Below are positions 7,761 through 17,206 of a stretch of 64,000 nt of DNA, piece by piece (position 1 is the first letter of the stretch; each line of letters begins with the position of its first letter). The DNA comes from a virus. Lineage: Duplodnaviria; Heunggongvirae; Uroviricota; Caudoviricetes. Under the pieces are notes generated by a model that worked only from the letters and a program-made list of their open reading frames with translations, did not search any database and was not told the origin of the DNA. The stretch spans positions 1 through 64,000 of the IMG/VR virus record IMGVR_UViG_3300025659_000002; one strand, given 5' to 3'. A program made the translations under genes and the position numbers.

Positions 7761-8536
7761 AATATTATTCCAGCAATTCCAATATCGTCTGCGTTAGTAA
7801 TATAATTTCTATTCCAGGTTTTCTTAAGAAACCTTAGTTTTCTTACAGCGAATGCTCCTGCGGCACTTGGGAAATGAGTGATGATATCATCAATCACTAC
7901 TCTCTCTCCAGTATCCCTATCTATTACTTGGTCTATACCATCAGTAGTTAAAATTACCGAAGCTATCGGGTAATCAGGCTGAAATATAAAGGGCATTCCA
8001 GTTTCTAATGCTACATTGGTAGGATCCTCGTCACCATCATTCATGTGAACAACTGTTTGTCCTTTGTCCTTTAAACACTCTTTGTATTCTTCCTGATCTT
8101 TTCGAGTAATGTTATACGCAGGATAGTATGGAGTATTATGAGGTGATTGAATATCTATATGAAGCGGTCCTTCTTTTGAATCTAAGAAACAATGTCCATC
8201 TCCGGCCATAAGAATATAAAAGCTTTGTTTTTCTTTATTATAGATAGCTACCAACACAGTTGACAGCAGCATACGGCGGTCCAGGCCTTGGACATCAGTA
8301 TAACCTTTACATAATTGAAGTTGCCACTCTAATTTTTGACGAGTCAGCTCTCCAAATTCTCTAATGGCTTGTTCTACACTATGGGCTATTAATCTAGCTC
8401 CAAAATCTGTGTGAGGAGCGCTTGAACACCCATCACATACAATAATATAAGCTATCTCATCTGTTTCCCCATGAAGTGTATAATCTTCACAAACCCGATG
8501 AGTGGCCCCTTGAATAAAATGTGAATCTATGTTCAT
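7757..8536 (-). CDS. PP2C-family Ser/Thr phosphatase
   Basis: IVCDGCSS, LMAGDGH, LTTDGI metal-binding Asp/Gly motifs; 259 aa. TGA stop overlaps the kinase ATG. Confidence 0.6.
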   Translation of the reverse strand: MNIDSHFIQGATHRVCEDYTLHGETDEIAYIIVCDGCSSAPHTDFGARLIAHSVEQAIREFGELTRQKLEWQLQLCKGYTDVQGLDRRMLLSTVLVAIYNKEKQSFYILMAGDGHCFLDSKEGPLHIDIQSPHNTPYYPAYNITRKDQEEYKECLKDKGQTVVHMNDGDEDPTNVALETGMPFIFQPDYPIASVILTTDGIDQVIDRDTGERVVIDDIITHFPSAAGAFAVRKLRFLKKTWNRNYITNADDIGIAGIIL

Positions 8537-8565
8537 AGTTTTCCTTTTAATAAGAACGAACGTAA

Positions 8566-8633
8566 CAGCGCGGATTGGATTCGAACCAATGTCTAGGGTA
8601 TCCCCTAACTCTACCCTGCTGAGATACCGCCCC
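8566..8633 (-). tRNA. tRNA-like element (68 nt) with truncated anticodon arm
   Basis: GGGGCGG-TA-TCTCAGCAGGGTAGAG...ATTGG-TTCGAAT-CCAAT-CCGCGCT-G. The anticodon position holds TAGGG-GATA-CCCTA (4-nt loop). Lies between the vWA and PP2C genes. Confidence 0.35.
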
Positions 8634-8664
8634 GTTACGCCGTTTCTTACGTACGTTTTGTAAG

Positions 8665-9429
8665 TTAGAATTTCATACTAGCTTGAGCAGAAGGTCCGCC
8701 AGTGCCAAGTGAATGGCTCTGTGAACTAATGCTTTGGCTAATGAAATTCCCTAATTTTGCAAGAGTTTTAGCATTTGCATTGCCCGCATCAATATATTGC
8801 GTGAGGTCTGCATCATCTTTAAACTCTTTTAATAGTTGTGAAACCCTAGAGCCCCAACCATGGTTGCCGTCTGTGCCTATCCCGATTAATACGGAAATTA
8901 AAGATTCAATTGATTCTTCGGCACGTTTAATGGAGTGTATTCTGTCCTTTACATTAGTGGCTGTCATAGTCGAAGAATTATCATCTCCGTCTGTAATAAC
9001 ATACACGGCAGCATTTACACTGTATTCCTGGTCCGCTAGGGATTTACCATACTGTTCAATTGATCCGATCATATCATAAGTGGCATCAAACAGGTTAGTA
9101 GCTGCGTCAGGTACTAATTTCCCTGAATACTCACTTAAATCTATATCGTTTACAGGCTTAAATCCATGGATTTCCAAAATATCAGTCTGACTATTAAACA
9201 GTGTTACCCTAACAAGTAGATTTTCAGAACGTGCAGACATTTTACATGCCCCCACTATTTCTTCAATCATCTTTTGTAACATAGTTTCATAACCGCCCAC
9301 TGATCCGGTAATGTCAACGACTATACCTACTAAGGTATATTCGGAGGCTTCTAGTTCATCTAAGCCTATTGCTGAAAACTTAAAATTTCCAGCTCCTAAT
9401 AAGTCCACACTTTGCATGGTATCTACCAT
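8665..9429 (-). CDS. von Willebrand factor A domain protein (TerY-like)
   Basis: VVDITGSVGG MIDAS-like DxTGS motif; 254 aa; first gene of the vWA-PP2C-kinase triad. Confidence 0.6.
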   Translation of the reverse strand: MVDTMQSVDLLGAGNFKFSAIGLDELEASEYTLVGIVVDITGSVGGYETMLQKMIEEIVGACKMSARSENLLVRVTLFNSQTDILEIHGFKPVNDIDLSEYSGKLVPDAATNLFDATYDMIGSIEQYGKSLADQEYSVNAAVYVITDGDDNSSTMTATNVKDRIHSIKRAEESIESLISVLIGIGTDGNHGWGSRVSQLLKEFKDDADLTQYIDAGNANAKTLAKLGNFISQSISSQSHSLGTGGPSAQASMKF

Positions 9430-9459
9430 TGATAATCTCCTTTATCTTTGTGTGTTTGT

Positions 9460-10323
9460 TTATTTCAAAAAGTCTTCAGCTTTACAGATCTGCATACCGC
9501 GTGAAACCATTTCCGTTACAAAGTCGGTACCCAATTTCTCAAACCCAGTAACATTTGAAGAAGTGTCTTCAAGCAGTACTAGTTTTTTGATATTCTCTTC
9601 TCCGAAGTTGTCTGCAATATCTTTAACTGTATTAGCTACACAGTGTGATAGAGCCTGACCTGAAAGGGCAATTATGTCTGCGTCTTTTAAAAGTTTTAAA
9701 AGAGTGACGTTTAACTGCGTAGTAGGATCTTCATCGTCAGGTACATCAGCAATAACGCCAGAGTAATGTTCTGTCCAAGGGTTGTGTCCTTTTGTAACAT
9801 AGTTTATTCTGCGTTTTCTGCTTTCTTCCCAGGCTTCAAGTTCTGCGTTTACAACATCTACTACATTGTGGCCCCATGTGCCCACTTTACAATGTGGTGG
9901 CCATATACACAGAAGGTATCTGTCGTTGTCTTGGAGAGCTTGCAGGTAAGCTCTGGCTCTTGGAATTCGATCTGGGCTAGTCGGTGTCCAAACTGATCCG
10001 TTTAAGTCGTCTAGACTTATAAGTGTAAACGGGCCCGGATGTTCTCCAGCACTATTCATCCAAAATAATGGATGCGAAATATCCAACAATTGGTGGGTAT
10101 CTAGCGTCACGTGGATCCCAGTAATTTTACCTCTTAAGCGGTTAAGCACCATAGCTAACCTCTCAGAGTCCTCATAAGCCCCCGGTACCGGTAATTCTGG
10201 TTCTGGAAGTCGTAATCCTATATCCGCCAAATTTATGCCGGCTTTTTGAAGTAAGACTAAATCATTGTTTCGATCCATAAAAGAGTTTTGTGGATCAATT
10301 ATTAAGAAGTGCAATTTTTGCAT
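9460..10323 (-). CDS. isochorismatase-family amidohydrolase, nicotinamidase (PncA)-like
   Basis: LIIDPQNSF (catalytic Asp region), WPPHCKVGTWGH, and SGQALSHCV (nucleophile Cys) are typical of PncA/Pnc1-type nicotinamidases. Confidence 0.6.
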   Translation of the reverse strand: MQKLHFLIIDPQNSFMDRNNDLVLLQKAGINLADIGLRLPEPELPVPGAYEDSERLAMVLNRLRGKITGIHVTLDTHQLLDISHPLFWMNSAGEHPGPFTLISLDDLNGSVWTPTSPDRIPRARAYLQALQDNDRYLLCIWPPHCKVGTWGHNVVDVVNAELEAWEESRKRRINYVTKGHNPWTEHYSGVIADVPDDEDPTTQLNVTLLKLLKDADIIALSGQALSHCVANTVKDIADNFGEENIKKLVLLEDTSSNVTGFEKLGTDFVTEMVSRGMQICKAEDFLK

Positions 10324-10377
10324 TTTGTTTTTTTTCCTTTTCTAACTTGTATGTTATTATTTCGTCAGTTTATTAAT

Positions 10378-11292
10378 TTAGAAGTTTCCGTAGTTTACTT
10401 GGAAACATTGTAGACCTAAGTCTTTACGCCATAGACCAACTACTTGGTCTCTATCATCAAACACGCAAAATACGTTGTATTTATCTTTAACGTGTTCATC
10501 ATAAAGTTTGCGTTTAAGAATTGAATCTCTTATATTATGCTCAAACAATGGTCTCATGAACATCTTCCAATGAGGAAACGGAAGGTTTGCTTTCAAAAAC
10601 TGTCTAGTTTCTGAAAGGTATTTTTCCGATCTTCCAGATAAAAAGATTATTTGGTATCCCTGTTTGTCCATAACGTGAAGAATTTCCCCCAAAATCGCAT
10701 TGTAAGTATCGTTCTCACAAGTAGAGGCGTCATAAGGGTTACGGCCTTTAAGGAATGCCATCGTGCCGTCTAAGTCACAAATGATTGCCTTAGGTAAGCC
10801 GTCTACCAACTCAACCGTGCCTGGAGGCTCAGGATAGTCGTGAGGCTCATCTTTCTTTAGAAACCTACTGTACATATCATAAATAACTTTAGAGCCTACA
10901 TGGGCCGATCCTGTACGTAATGCGTCTCGATCAATGGCATCAAATACATCTGTAGGGAATTCTCTAACCACAACTAATACGTCGTGCTTAACTTCCCGTA
11001 AAATGTTATAGTCCGCCACTATTTTTCTAATATGCTCCTCATTTGAGCTGTGTAAGTTTGTATCATCTACGAATACTGATCTTCCGGCATCTAAGTATCT
11101 AAAGATTAAAGAGTCTCTAATTGCTTTAATTATTTTCTCATTTCCTTTAGAGTATACTCCACCATCAACCATGCTTCGTAGACTATCCCTATTTACACGT
11201 TTGTATGTATCTGGCATTTTATCCATCATATCTACGGCATACGAAGTCTTACCGCTTGCGGGTAACCCCCGTAGTATTATTACTTGTCTCAT
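10378..11292 (-). CDS. pnk: polynucleotide 5'-kinase / 3'-phosphatase (T4 Pnk-like)
   Basis: N-terminal P-loop GLPASGKTS plus C-terminal HAD motif I CDLDGTM; same two-domain architecture as T4 Pnk. Confidence 0.7.
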   Translation of the reverse strand: MRQVIILRGLPASGKTSYAVDMMDKMPDTYKRVNRDSLRSMVDGGVYSKGNEKIIKAIRDSLIFRYLDAGRSVFVDDTNLHSSNEEHIRKIVADYNILREVKHDVLVVVREFPTDVFDAIDRDALRTGSAHVGSKVIYDMYSRFLKKDEPHDYPEPPGTVELVDGLPKAIICDLDGTMAFLKGRNPYDASTCENDTYNAILGEILHVMDKQGYQIIFLSGRSEKYLSETRQFLKANLPFPHWKMFMRPLFEHNIRDSILKRKLYDEHVKDKYNVFCVFDDRDQVVGLWRKDLGLQCFQVNYGNF

Positions 11293-11316
11293 TTTGTATT
11301 TCCTTTTATTTATGGC

Positions 11317-11700
11317 TTAGTCTCTATCCCATAACTTTATAGAACTCTCCGCCGTACTCTGGGCGTGTTTGTACTCAACGTCAGAGTATTGGTATAAAGA
11401 TGCTTTCCACATATCTTTATTTCGTGCAAATTGTTCAAGATGCTCGGGAGCTATCACTTCTGTTATTGACAAACAGTTTCCAGCTGATTCACCTAACTGT
11501 GAACTATGTACGCGAGTATTTACATACAAAGTGTCAGAGTCAAAGTCTAACCAGTCGAAAGAGCGCCCCTCACCCTTTGGAATGAATTTAGTATTTTTGA
11601 GTTGGCATATCTCTAACACTGAAGGCTCATATAACCCAGGAAGCACCATTAATACTATATCGCCATCTTTCAGTGTTTTTAAAAGCTGGTTACTTTTCAT
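11317..11700 (-). CDS. hypothetical protein (127 aa)
   Basis: ORF track. Confidence 0.45.
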   Translation of the reverse strand: MKSNQLLKTLKDGDIVLMVLPGLYEPSVLEICQLKNTKFIPKGEGRSFDWLDFDSDTLYVNTRVHSSQLGESAGNCLSITEVIAPEHLEQFARNKDMWKASLYQYSDVEYKHAQSTAESSIKLWDRD

Positions 11701-12765
11701 TTATTCTCCAAACTTAATTAAGAAGTCAGGGTTAATTACTTTAAAACTAAAGCTACCATCTCTCGCTCTAATCACAATTCCCTCTCTTGGGATATCAGGA
11801 TTTAGAAGGCTTGGGCCTTTAGAAAGCTCTACTAATTCGTCTACTGTATGGTTTAACACCATCTTTGGATTAAGGACAGGTACAGTATTAAATATTCTAT
11901 CTAACCCTCGTACGCGAACTTCCCCCTCAGTTGTGTAGTCCCCAAATATAAGATTTAGAAAGCTCTCAATACTTCCAAAGCCACCATCTTGTATAGTAAA
12001 AGCGTTAAACATTTTTACTTCTGTAGCAGACAATTTGTATTTATTTTTCTGAATCCCTGGCCCCAGTAATTCTCCTTGGAAAATTACATTTATACCAAGT
12101 TTAGACATTTTCTCTTCTGCGTCAATATCTCTAGCGACTTTCCAGAAAGAATTTTTGTCATTCTCTATTAGGTCAAGCTTCCGACTGCATACTCCGAAAG
12201 GTGTTGCTTTTCGGTAGTTAGGTGCATAATAAAAGGTAGATGACGATCCATCTAATTTCTCTGTTATGTAGCACTCTGTTCCTGCCCATTCTTTTATTTC
12301 ATCTACAAGATTCTGTACACGTTCTTCATCCGTCTTAGGAATCCAGGAAGGTCTGTGGCCTTTAATCTGGCCACTTAAGCATGCTGGAATGGGTGCTTCA
12401 TATTTTACTACTTTCAAAAGTTCACTTACGTCTGTTCCCACTTCGGGGCCATCGGCGAGCTCTTCGAAAGTATCTAATGGCATGGCTAGCCCTTGACTAA
12501 TTTGCTTACGCAATTTTATAGTTCGTAAGCGATAACCTCTTGTGCCGTCATCTATTGTTTTGACACCGTTTTTCTTTAAGAATTCAAACGGCTCTATTTC
12601 TGGCAACAAAGAGTCCACTTCAAAGTAGACGCATTTATCACCTATTTGAAATTCCCCCTTCTTAACTACTAGATGCCAGCCTTTTACAGTTGCTTTTTCA
12701 ATTACATCTGCTCCAGAGATAGGCTCTAAATTAGCTATGAGTTGGATTGTTGCTAAATGTCTCAT
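11701..12765 (-). CDS. ATP-dependent RNA ligase (KxDG nucleotidyltransferase family)
   Basis: ITEKLDGSSSTFYY contains the ligase motif I K-x-D-G; 354 aa; adjacent to Pnk. Confidence 0.55.
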   Translation of the reverse strand: MRHLATIQLIANLEPISGADVIEKATVKGWHLVVKKGEFQIGDKCVYFEVDSLLPEIEPFEFLKKNGVKTIDDGTRGYRLRTIKLRKQISQGLAMPLDTFEELADGPEVGTDVSELLKVVKYEAPIPACLSGQIKGHRPSWIPKTDEERVQNLVDEIKEWAGTECYITEKLDGSSSTFYYAPNYRKATPFGVCSRKLDLIENDKNSFWKVARDIDAEEKMSKLGINVIFQGELLGPGIQKNKYKLSATEVKMFNAFTIQDGGFGSIESFLNLIFGDYTTEGEVRVRGLDRIFNTVPVLNPKMVLNHTVDELVELSKGPSLLNPDIPREGIVIRARDGSFSFKVINPDFLIKFGE

Positions 12766-12766
12766 T

Positions 12767-13288
12767 TTATAATTTCCATTCTTGTTTTAAAAAGTTTATT
12801 CTGGCTGTTATACTTTTATAATATTGCCAACCTGCTGGAGACTCCCAGCGATTGCCCGCCCTGTAGGATCTTACAGTTTTGGACCAGCTACCATTATGTC
12901 TCTCATTCTTCCAATAGGTTAGTTCAGTTATTGCTTCTCTACAACTAAGTATGTGACTATCTATGAGCCATTGGGCCACTACATTCCTATTAAAGGGTGT
13001 GTCCTCTATCTCATCTCTATGTCTACTCATATATGTGTTGATATTGATATGGTGAGCTCCTGCGGAAGGGTCTTGCAAATTTACAAGGTATTTACCTCCT
13101 GCAGATTCTTGCCACTCAATAGCAGCTAATGTCCACCCTAAATCAAAGGGCACCCCATATTCATAGGATGCCCGTATTGATTCTTGTTGATGGCTTGTTA
13201 AAGCTTTCCATTCCTCAGGTAAGGCTCCAACGCATAAACATATATTTGTGAGTAGTATTAGTAAATATCTAATCGAGCCAACTTGCAA
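12767..13288 (-). CDS. secreted protein, weak lytic-transglycosylase-like motif
   Basis: N-terminal hydrophobic signal-like segment; AAIEWQESAGG resembles an Slt catalytic ES motif (weak). Confidence 0.3.
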   Translation of the reverse strand: MQVGSIRYLLILLTNICLCVGALPEEWKALTSHQQESIRASYEYGVPFDLGWTLAAIEWQESAGGKYLVNLQDPSAGAHHININTYMSRHRDEIEDTPFNRNVVAQWLIDSHILSCREAITELTYWKNERHNGSWSKTVRSYRAGNRWESPAGWQYYKSITARINFLKQEWKL

Positions 13289-13469
13289 TTGCAGCTATAC
13301 CGCCTACAGCTAAAAATAATAAGACGAAGCCAAGCCACAGCGGGGCAGTTATCCACCACCAACTCCATGTAATGACTCCAACTAACTTTAGGACAAGTAA
13401 TACTATAAATAGTATGAATCCGGGATTTTTCATTTTTTCTCCGTTTGTTTTGGTTTTAAATATTTCCAA
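13269..13469 (-). CDS. small membrane protein (66 aa)
   Basis: ORF track; two hydrophobic helices. Confidence 0.4.
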   Translation of the reverse strand: MEIFKTKTNGEKMKNPGFILFIVLLVLKLVGVITWSWWWITAPLWLGFVLLFLAVGGIAAIASWLD

Positions 13470-14503
13470 ATTAAGGGCTTTATGTTTTTCCCTTGTAACA
13501 TTGTAAATACTAAAGAAATTATTTGTTTATTTCCAATATTTATGACTTTTTCTGCTACTGCTTTGGAAGTTCGTTTTTTCATATCAATTGATTCTGGGAA
13601 ACTAGTTATAAGGTGCATGTATTGTTTACAAGCAGTGTTTGCTAATATCACATAATTCTCTCTAAAGTTATCTATAGAGGTATGAAGCCATTTATAGTAT
13701 TCATCTGGTACAATATCAATTAACTCTTGTATATCTAATTCTGGATCTGATAAGTATTTCCATACCGTTTTATCATTGCAAAGCTGCAATATACGGTGAT
13801 GTCTTACATACCAGTCAAATTTTACTTTAACTCTGAACCCGTTATCATATGCTAACACAAATCCTTCTTTGTTTTCTTGATTTGGTACATTATATAACTC
13901 ACTTACATCGCAATCATGTTCATATAGCTCTGTTCTTGGTATACAAGTAGTAACAGCGTGCAACCCTATCTCTCTGCCAGTAAACGTATCGCGTACTGCC
14001 AATAGCCTTAGGTCGCTCTCTGGGTAGGTGATACAGGTCATCCCCCCTTTCTTAAGAGTAGGTGTTAAGAACTCATAGCAGTATGTGAAGTCCTCCCTTA
14101 TAGTAAGGTCAGGGTATTTTTCTTCTAAGACTACATTGGCCTCTGTAATATATTCATTATCAAAAGAGCCTCTTGTAGATTTAATTAAATGCCCCCTCCA
14201 CATAACCATTATAAATAGACATCCGTCTAGTTTATTAAAAATGCTGTAGTGGTCATCTGGGAGCTCGATACCTAGTCCTTCTAATTCTGTATAGTTGAAA
14301 AATTTTCTAAAAGGGTTGGCTACTACAGTTCCATATTCATCTAGTATAAGACCCCTACATCTAGTAGTGGTATCGTTCCAATTTCGAGCATACTGTGTGG
14401 CATGGGTATAATTATATATCCAAAGTGGAAACTCTGGATGTTTTCTTCGCTTTACCCACCCTTCCTTTATTTGGGTTTCTAAAACTGTTAGGACTGTATT
14501 CAT
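13430..14503 (-). CDS. second KxDG nucleotidyltransferase (RNA ligase 2-like)
   Basis: FNKLDGCLFIM motif I; 357 aa; a second ligase paralog as in the T4 rnlA/rnlB arrangement. Confidence 0.5.
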   Translation of the reverse strand: MNTVLTVLETQIKEGWVKRRKHPEFPLWIYNYTHATQYARNWNDTTTRCRGLILDEYGTVVANPFRKFFNYTELEGLGIELPDDHYSIFNKLDGCLFIMVMWRGHLIKSTRGSFDNEYITEANVVLEEKYPDLTIREDFTYCYEFLTPTLKKGGMTCITYPESDLRLLAVRDTFTGREIGLHAVTTCIPRTELYEHDCDVSELYNVPNQENKEGFVLAYDNGFRVKVKFDWYVRHHRILQLCNDKTVWKYLSDPELDIQELIDIVPDEYYKWLHTSIDNFRENYVILANTACKQYMHLITSFPESIDMKKRTSKAVAEKVINIGNKQIISLVFTMLQGKNIKPLIWKYLKPKQTEKK

Positions 14504-14506
14504 TAT

Positions 14507-15523
14507 TTACCTTTTTGTTTTAAAGCCTATATTATGAGAAGAAATTGCTACTTCAGACGTAGCTACCTCTTGCCTTAGTTTATTAATTCTGTCTATTGAT
14601 ACTTTATAATCTGTATCTAACATTATGACGCTTACTATGAGTTCTTTAATATGTGCGAAAGACCAGTTATTAGTATCTTTTACCCAAGTATTTAATTCTT
14701 TACCCTTTAAACTACTCTTTAATTGTAAATATTTTTTACGAGTAATTTCATCTGGGTAATCCTGGTGCATAACCCTGTCAAACCTCGAAGGTCTATTTTT
14801 TAAAGATGTAGGAAGCCGTTCTGGATAAGCAGTTGTAGCTAAAAATACAACATTATTTATTACTCCTATTCCATCTAGTAAATCCAGAATCTTTGCTTCA
14901 GCTACTGGATCCATTATAATTCTGTCAATGTCTTCAATTATAACAAGTATGGGCCTATTCCCCTCAATATCTCTTATTCTAGTAATACCTTCTGATACTA
15001 CAAAAGAGCTATCAAATACTAAATATCCTTTTTGAATACAATTTGACATTACTATTTTCATTGTACTATTTTTTCCTGAGCCGTCTCCACCATAAATTAG
15101 AATTCCTCTTTTATGGCTTTCTCCCCAAGCTTTATAAGCTGATCCAAGTTTCCAAAATTTTCCTAATTCTAATAATATTTCTTCAGCTATTGAATTACTA
15201 AATAAAATTAGGTCCGAGGCTTCTAGCTCAATATTTAAGAACTCTACGGCGGCTCCTCTAGATTCTAATACTTCATAATACCCTGCTGGTAAAATTTTTA
15301 CAAAAGCTGAAGCTGGTAAAAAAGTTCCTTGTTCATTGGTTAAATATCCAGAGGTTACGTTTTCAAGATTTAGGTTTTTATCTTCGGGGAGTAGGGCGCT
15401 ATTCTGGCTATCTTCGGATAAAAAAGTTTCAGGTTCACTATTATTATATAATTCTGAACTTGTAATCTCTTTTTTCCTAAATTTATCAATTTGTTTTTTA
15501 TCTACTTCTATTTTGCTAGTCAT
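14507..15523 (-). CDS. AAA-type ATPase
   Basis: Walker A ILIYGGDGSGKNST, Walker B PILVIIEDIDR. Confidence 0.55.
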   Translation of the reverse strand: MTSKIEVDKKQIDKFRKKEITSSELYNNSEPETFLSEDSQNSALLPEDKNLNLENVTSGYLTNEQGTFLPASAFVKILPAGYYEVLESRGAAVEFLNIELEASDLILFSNSIAEEILLELGKFWKLGSAYKAWGESHKRGILIYGGDGSGKNSTMKIVMSNCIQKGYLVFDSSFVVSEGITRIRDIEGNRPILVIIEDIDRIIMDPVAEAKILDLLDGIGVINNVVFLATTAYPERLPTSLKNRPSRFDRVMHQDYPDEITRKKYLQLKSSLKGKELNTWVKDTNNWSFAHIKELIVSVIMLDTDYKVSIDRINKLRQEVATSEVAISSHNIGFKTKR

Positions 15524-15537
15524 AAATCTCCATAAAG

Positions 15538-15566
15538 AAAAACGGGGCCGAAACCCCGTTTATATA
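15538..15566 (-). terminator. rho-independent terminator candidate
   Basis: AAACGGGGTTTCGGCCCCGTTT hairpin followed by TTCTTT on the minus strand, between the 15567..16418 stop and the 14507..15523 start. Confidence 0.5.
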
Positions 15567-16418
15567 TTAATATCTAGTTGTACACGCTGGACAACATATC
15601 CAGGTAGACTTTTTTCGTCTAAGTCCACATTTTTGGCAATAACGTTTCTCTAAATCATTTACCGTAATAGGTTTTAATGACATAGGTAATAATTTATAGG
15701 TTACTACATGAGAGGGAGTATGCTCAAATTTTTGATAGCTTCTTCCGAACTTTTGTTCTGAATGACTACCTTGTTTAATTCTACCCGTCTCTTTCATAGG
15801 CGCGCTTGCAAAGCATGCGGTTGTAAGTACTTCGCCACTATCTTCTATCATACCCATAGCCATTTGAGGCTCTGCTGGATTTGAGCATCTTGTGCCCCTA
15901 GCGCTATACATACTTGGCGCTGACATGCCGCTAATTCCCGTGAATTCGCCAGCAAGGTCGGTCCACCAAGTATTATCGTTGGTTAGTATATCACCTTCCC
16001 ATGTAAACGGTCTTGGGTAGACATTAGGATTAGTGTATGGGCTACAGTATTTATGCTCGATAGGAAATGACTCTCGATAAAACTCTATCTCTAGTAATCC
16101 GTTCTCGGCTATAGCTTTGTCTATTTCCTCAGTATCTTCTACGTTATATGTTGAAAATTCAAACTTTCGATCTACTTCGATATGTCGTTCCAGAAAATAA
16201 TGCTGTCCAGGGTCAAGCACAAGCCCGCCATTGGAAATATATTTTCCATTAAGTTTTATCCTCAATTTACAGGAAGAAGTTTCTAAGTTAGTAAGTTCGA
16301 TTTCAAATTCGTCTTTATCATTTAAGTAATAAGTTGCTTCTATGCCATTCCAGACATCTAATTGGCTATATACTTTTAAACGATTCTTTTGAATTGTAAG
16401 GTTGGTTTTTATATTCAT
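15567..16418 (-). CDS. hypothetical protein with C-terminal zinc ribbon
   Basis: 283 aa; C-terminal CQKCG...CCPAC. Confidence 0.45.
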   Translation of the reverse strand: MNIKTNLTIQKNRLKVYSQLDVWNGIEATYYLNDKDEFEIELTNLETSSCKLRIKLNGKYISNGGLVLDPGQHYFLERHIEVDRKFEFSTYNVEDTEEIDKAIAENGLLEIEFYRESFPIEHKYCSPYTNPNVYPRPFTWEGDILTNDNTWWTDLAGEFTGISGMSAPSMYSARGTRCSNPAEPQMAMGMIEDSGEVLTTACFASAPMKETGRIKQGSHSEQKFGRSYQKFEHTPSHVVTYKLLPMSLKPITVNDLEKRYCQKCGLRRKKSTWICCPACTTRY

Positions 16419-16554
16419 TATTGTTACCTTGTGTTTACGTCAAATTTGTGTGGAATTGCCACACTCAAATGCCACATATTTAATATGACACTCTGATACA
16501 ATTATCAGGTCTCTTAAATATAACTATTATTTTTAATATAACCAACTATTATAT

Positions 16555-16836
16555 TTATAGCGTAAGCATGTCTCCATGCCCACTATCTAGTTTGATACTA
16601 GTGCACCCTGCGTTGGGCATACCAAAATCGTCTAGTGGTTCAAATCCGTCGTATTCTCCGCAAATATATCCGGTGTAATATAATATATCATCATCGTCAT
16701 ACATTTCGAATTTTCTGCCGAATTCTGTAATTTCTTCTTCGGAATATACAGCCCCTCCTGGGCCTAATGTTCCTAATTCATCTTTTAAACTTTCAAGATG
16801 GCTTTCGGTTATAATCCAAGCATAAGCTCTACTCAT
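16555..16836 (-). CDS. hypothetical acidic protein (93 aa)
   Basis: ORF track. Confidence 0.45.
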   Translation of the reverse strand: MSRAYAWIITESHLESLKDELGTLGPGGAVYSEEEITEFGRKFEMYDDDDILYYTGYICGEYDGFEPLDDFGMPNAGCTSIKLDSGHGDMLTL

Positions 16837-16849
16837 AGTAGTTTATTGG

Positions 16850-17206
16850 TTAATTAAATAAATATCTCGGTATTATTATTAAGATAGCTGTAATTACCCA
16901 AAGAATCCCAGTACCCATAAATCCGGCTAACATACTTATTAACGCAGTTCCAAAAGTTATTATTATTAGTTCTTTAGAAGTGCAAAAATTTTCAGTAAAT
17001 TTTAACATCTCTGTTGACTTGGTATTTATATCTATAGCAGAAGAATCGTCCGTCGTCGCTAACTTTACTATATGTATAATAACTAATGTTATTAACGCTA
17101 TAGTAGTTAAAGTTATGAAAAAGAATATTAGTCCCTCTATGTGAAGTAAGAACATTATTGCAGGTATTAGTAGTAATAATGTCTTCTTATATTTCATATT
17201 AATCAT
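16850..17206 (-). CDS. membrane protein (118 aa, 3 TM)
   Basis: ORF track; hydrophobic helices. Confidence 0.45.
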   Translation of the reverse strand: MINMKYKKTLLLLIPAIMFLLHIEGLIFFFITLTTIALITLVIIHIVKLATTDDSSAIDINTKSTEMLKFTENFCTSKELIIITFGTALISMLAGFMGTGILWVITAILIIIPRYLFN

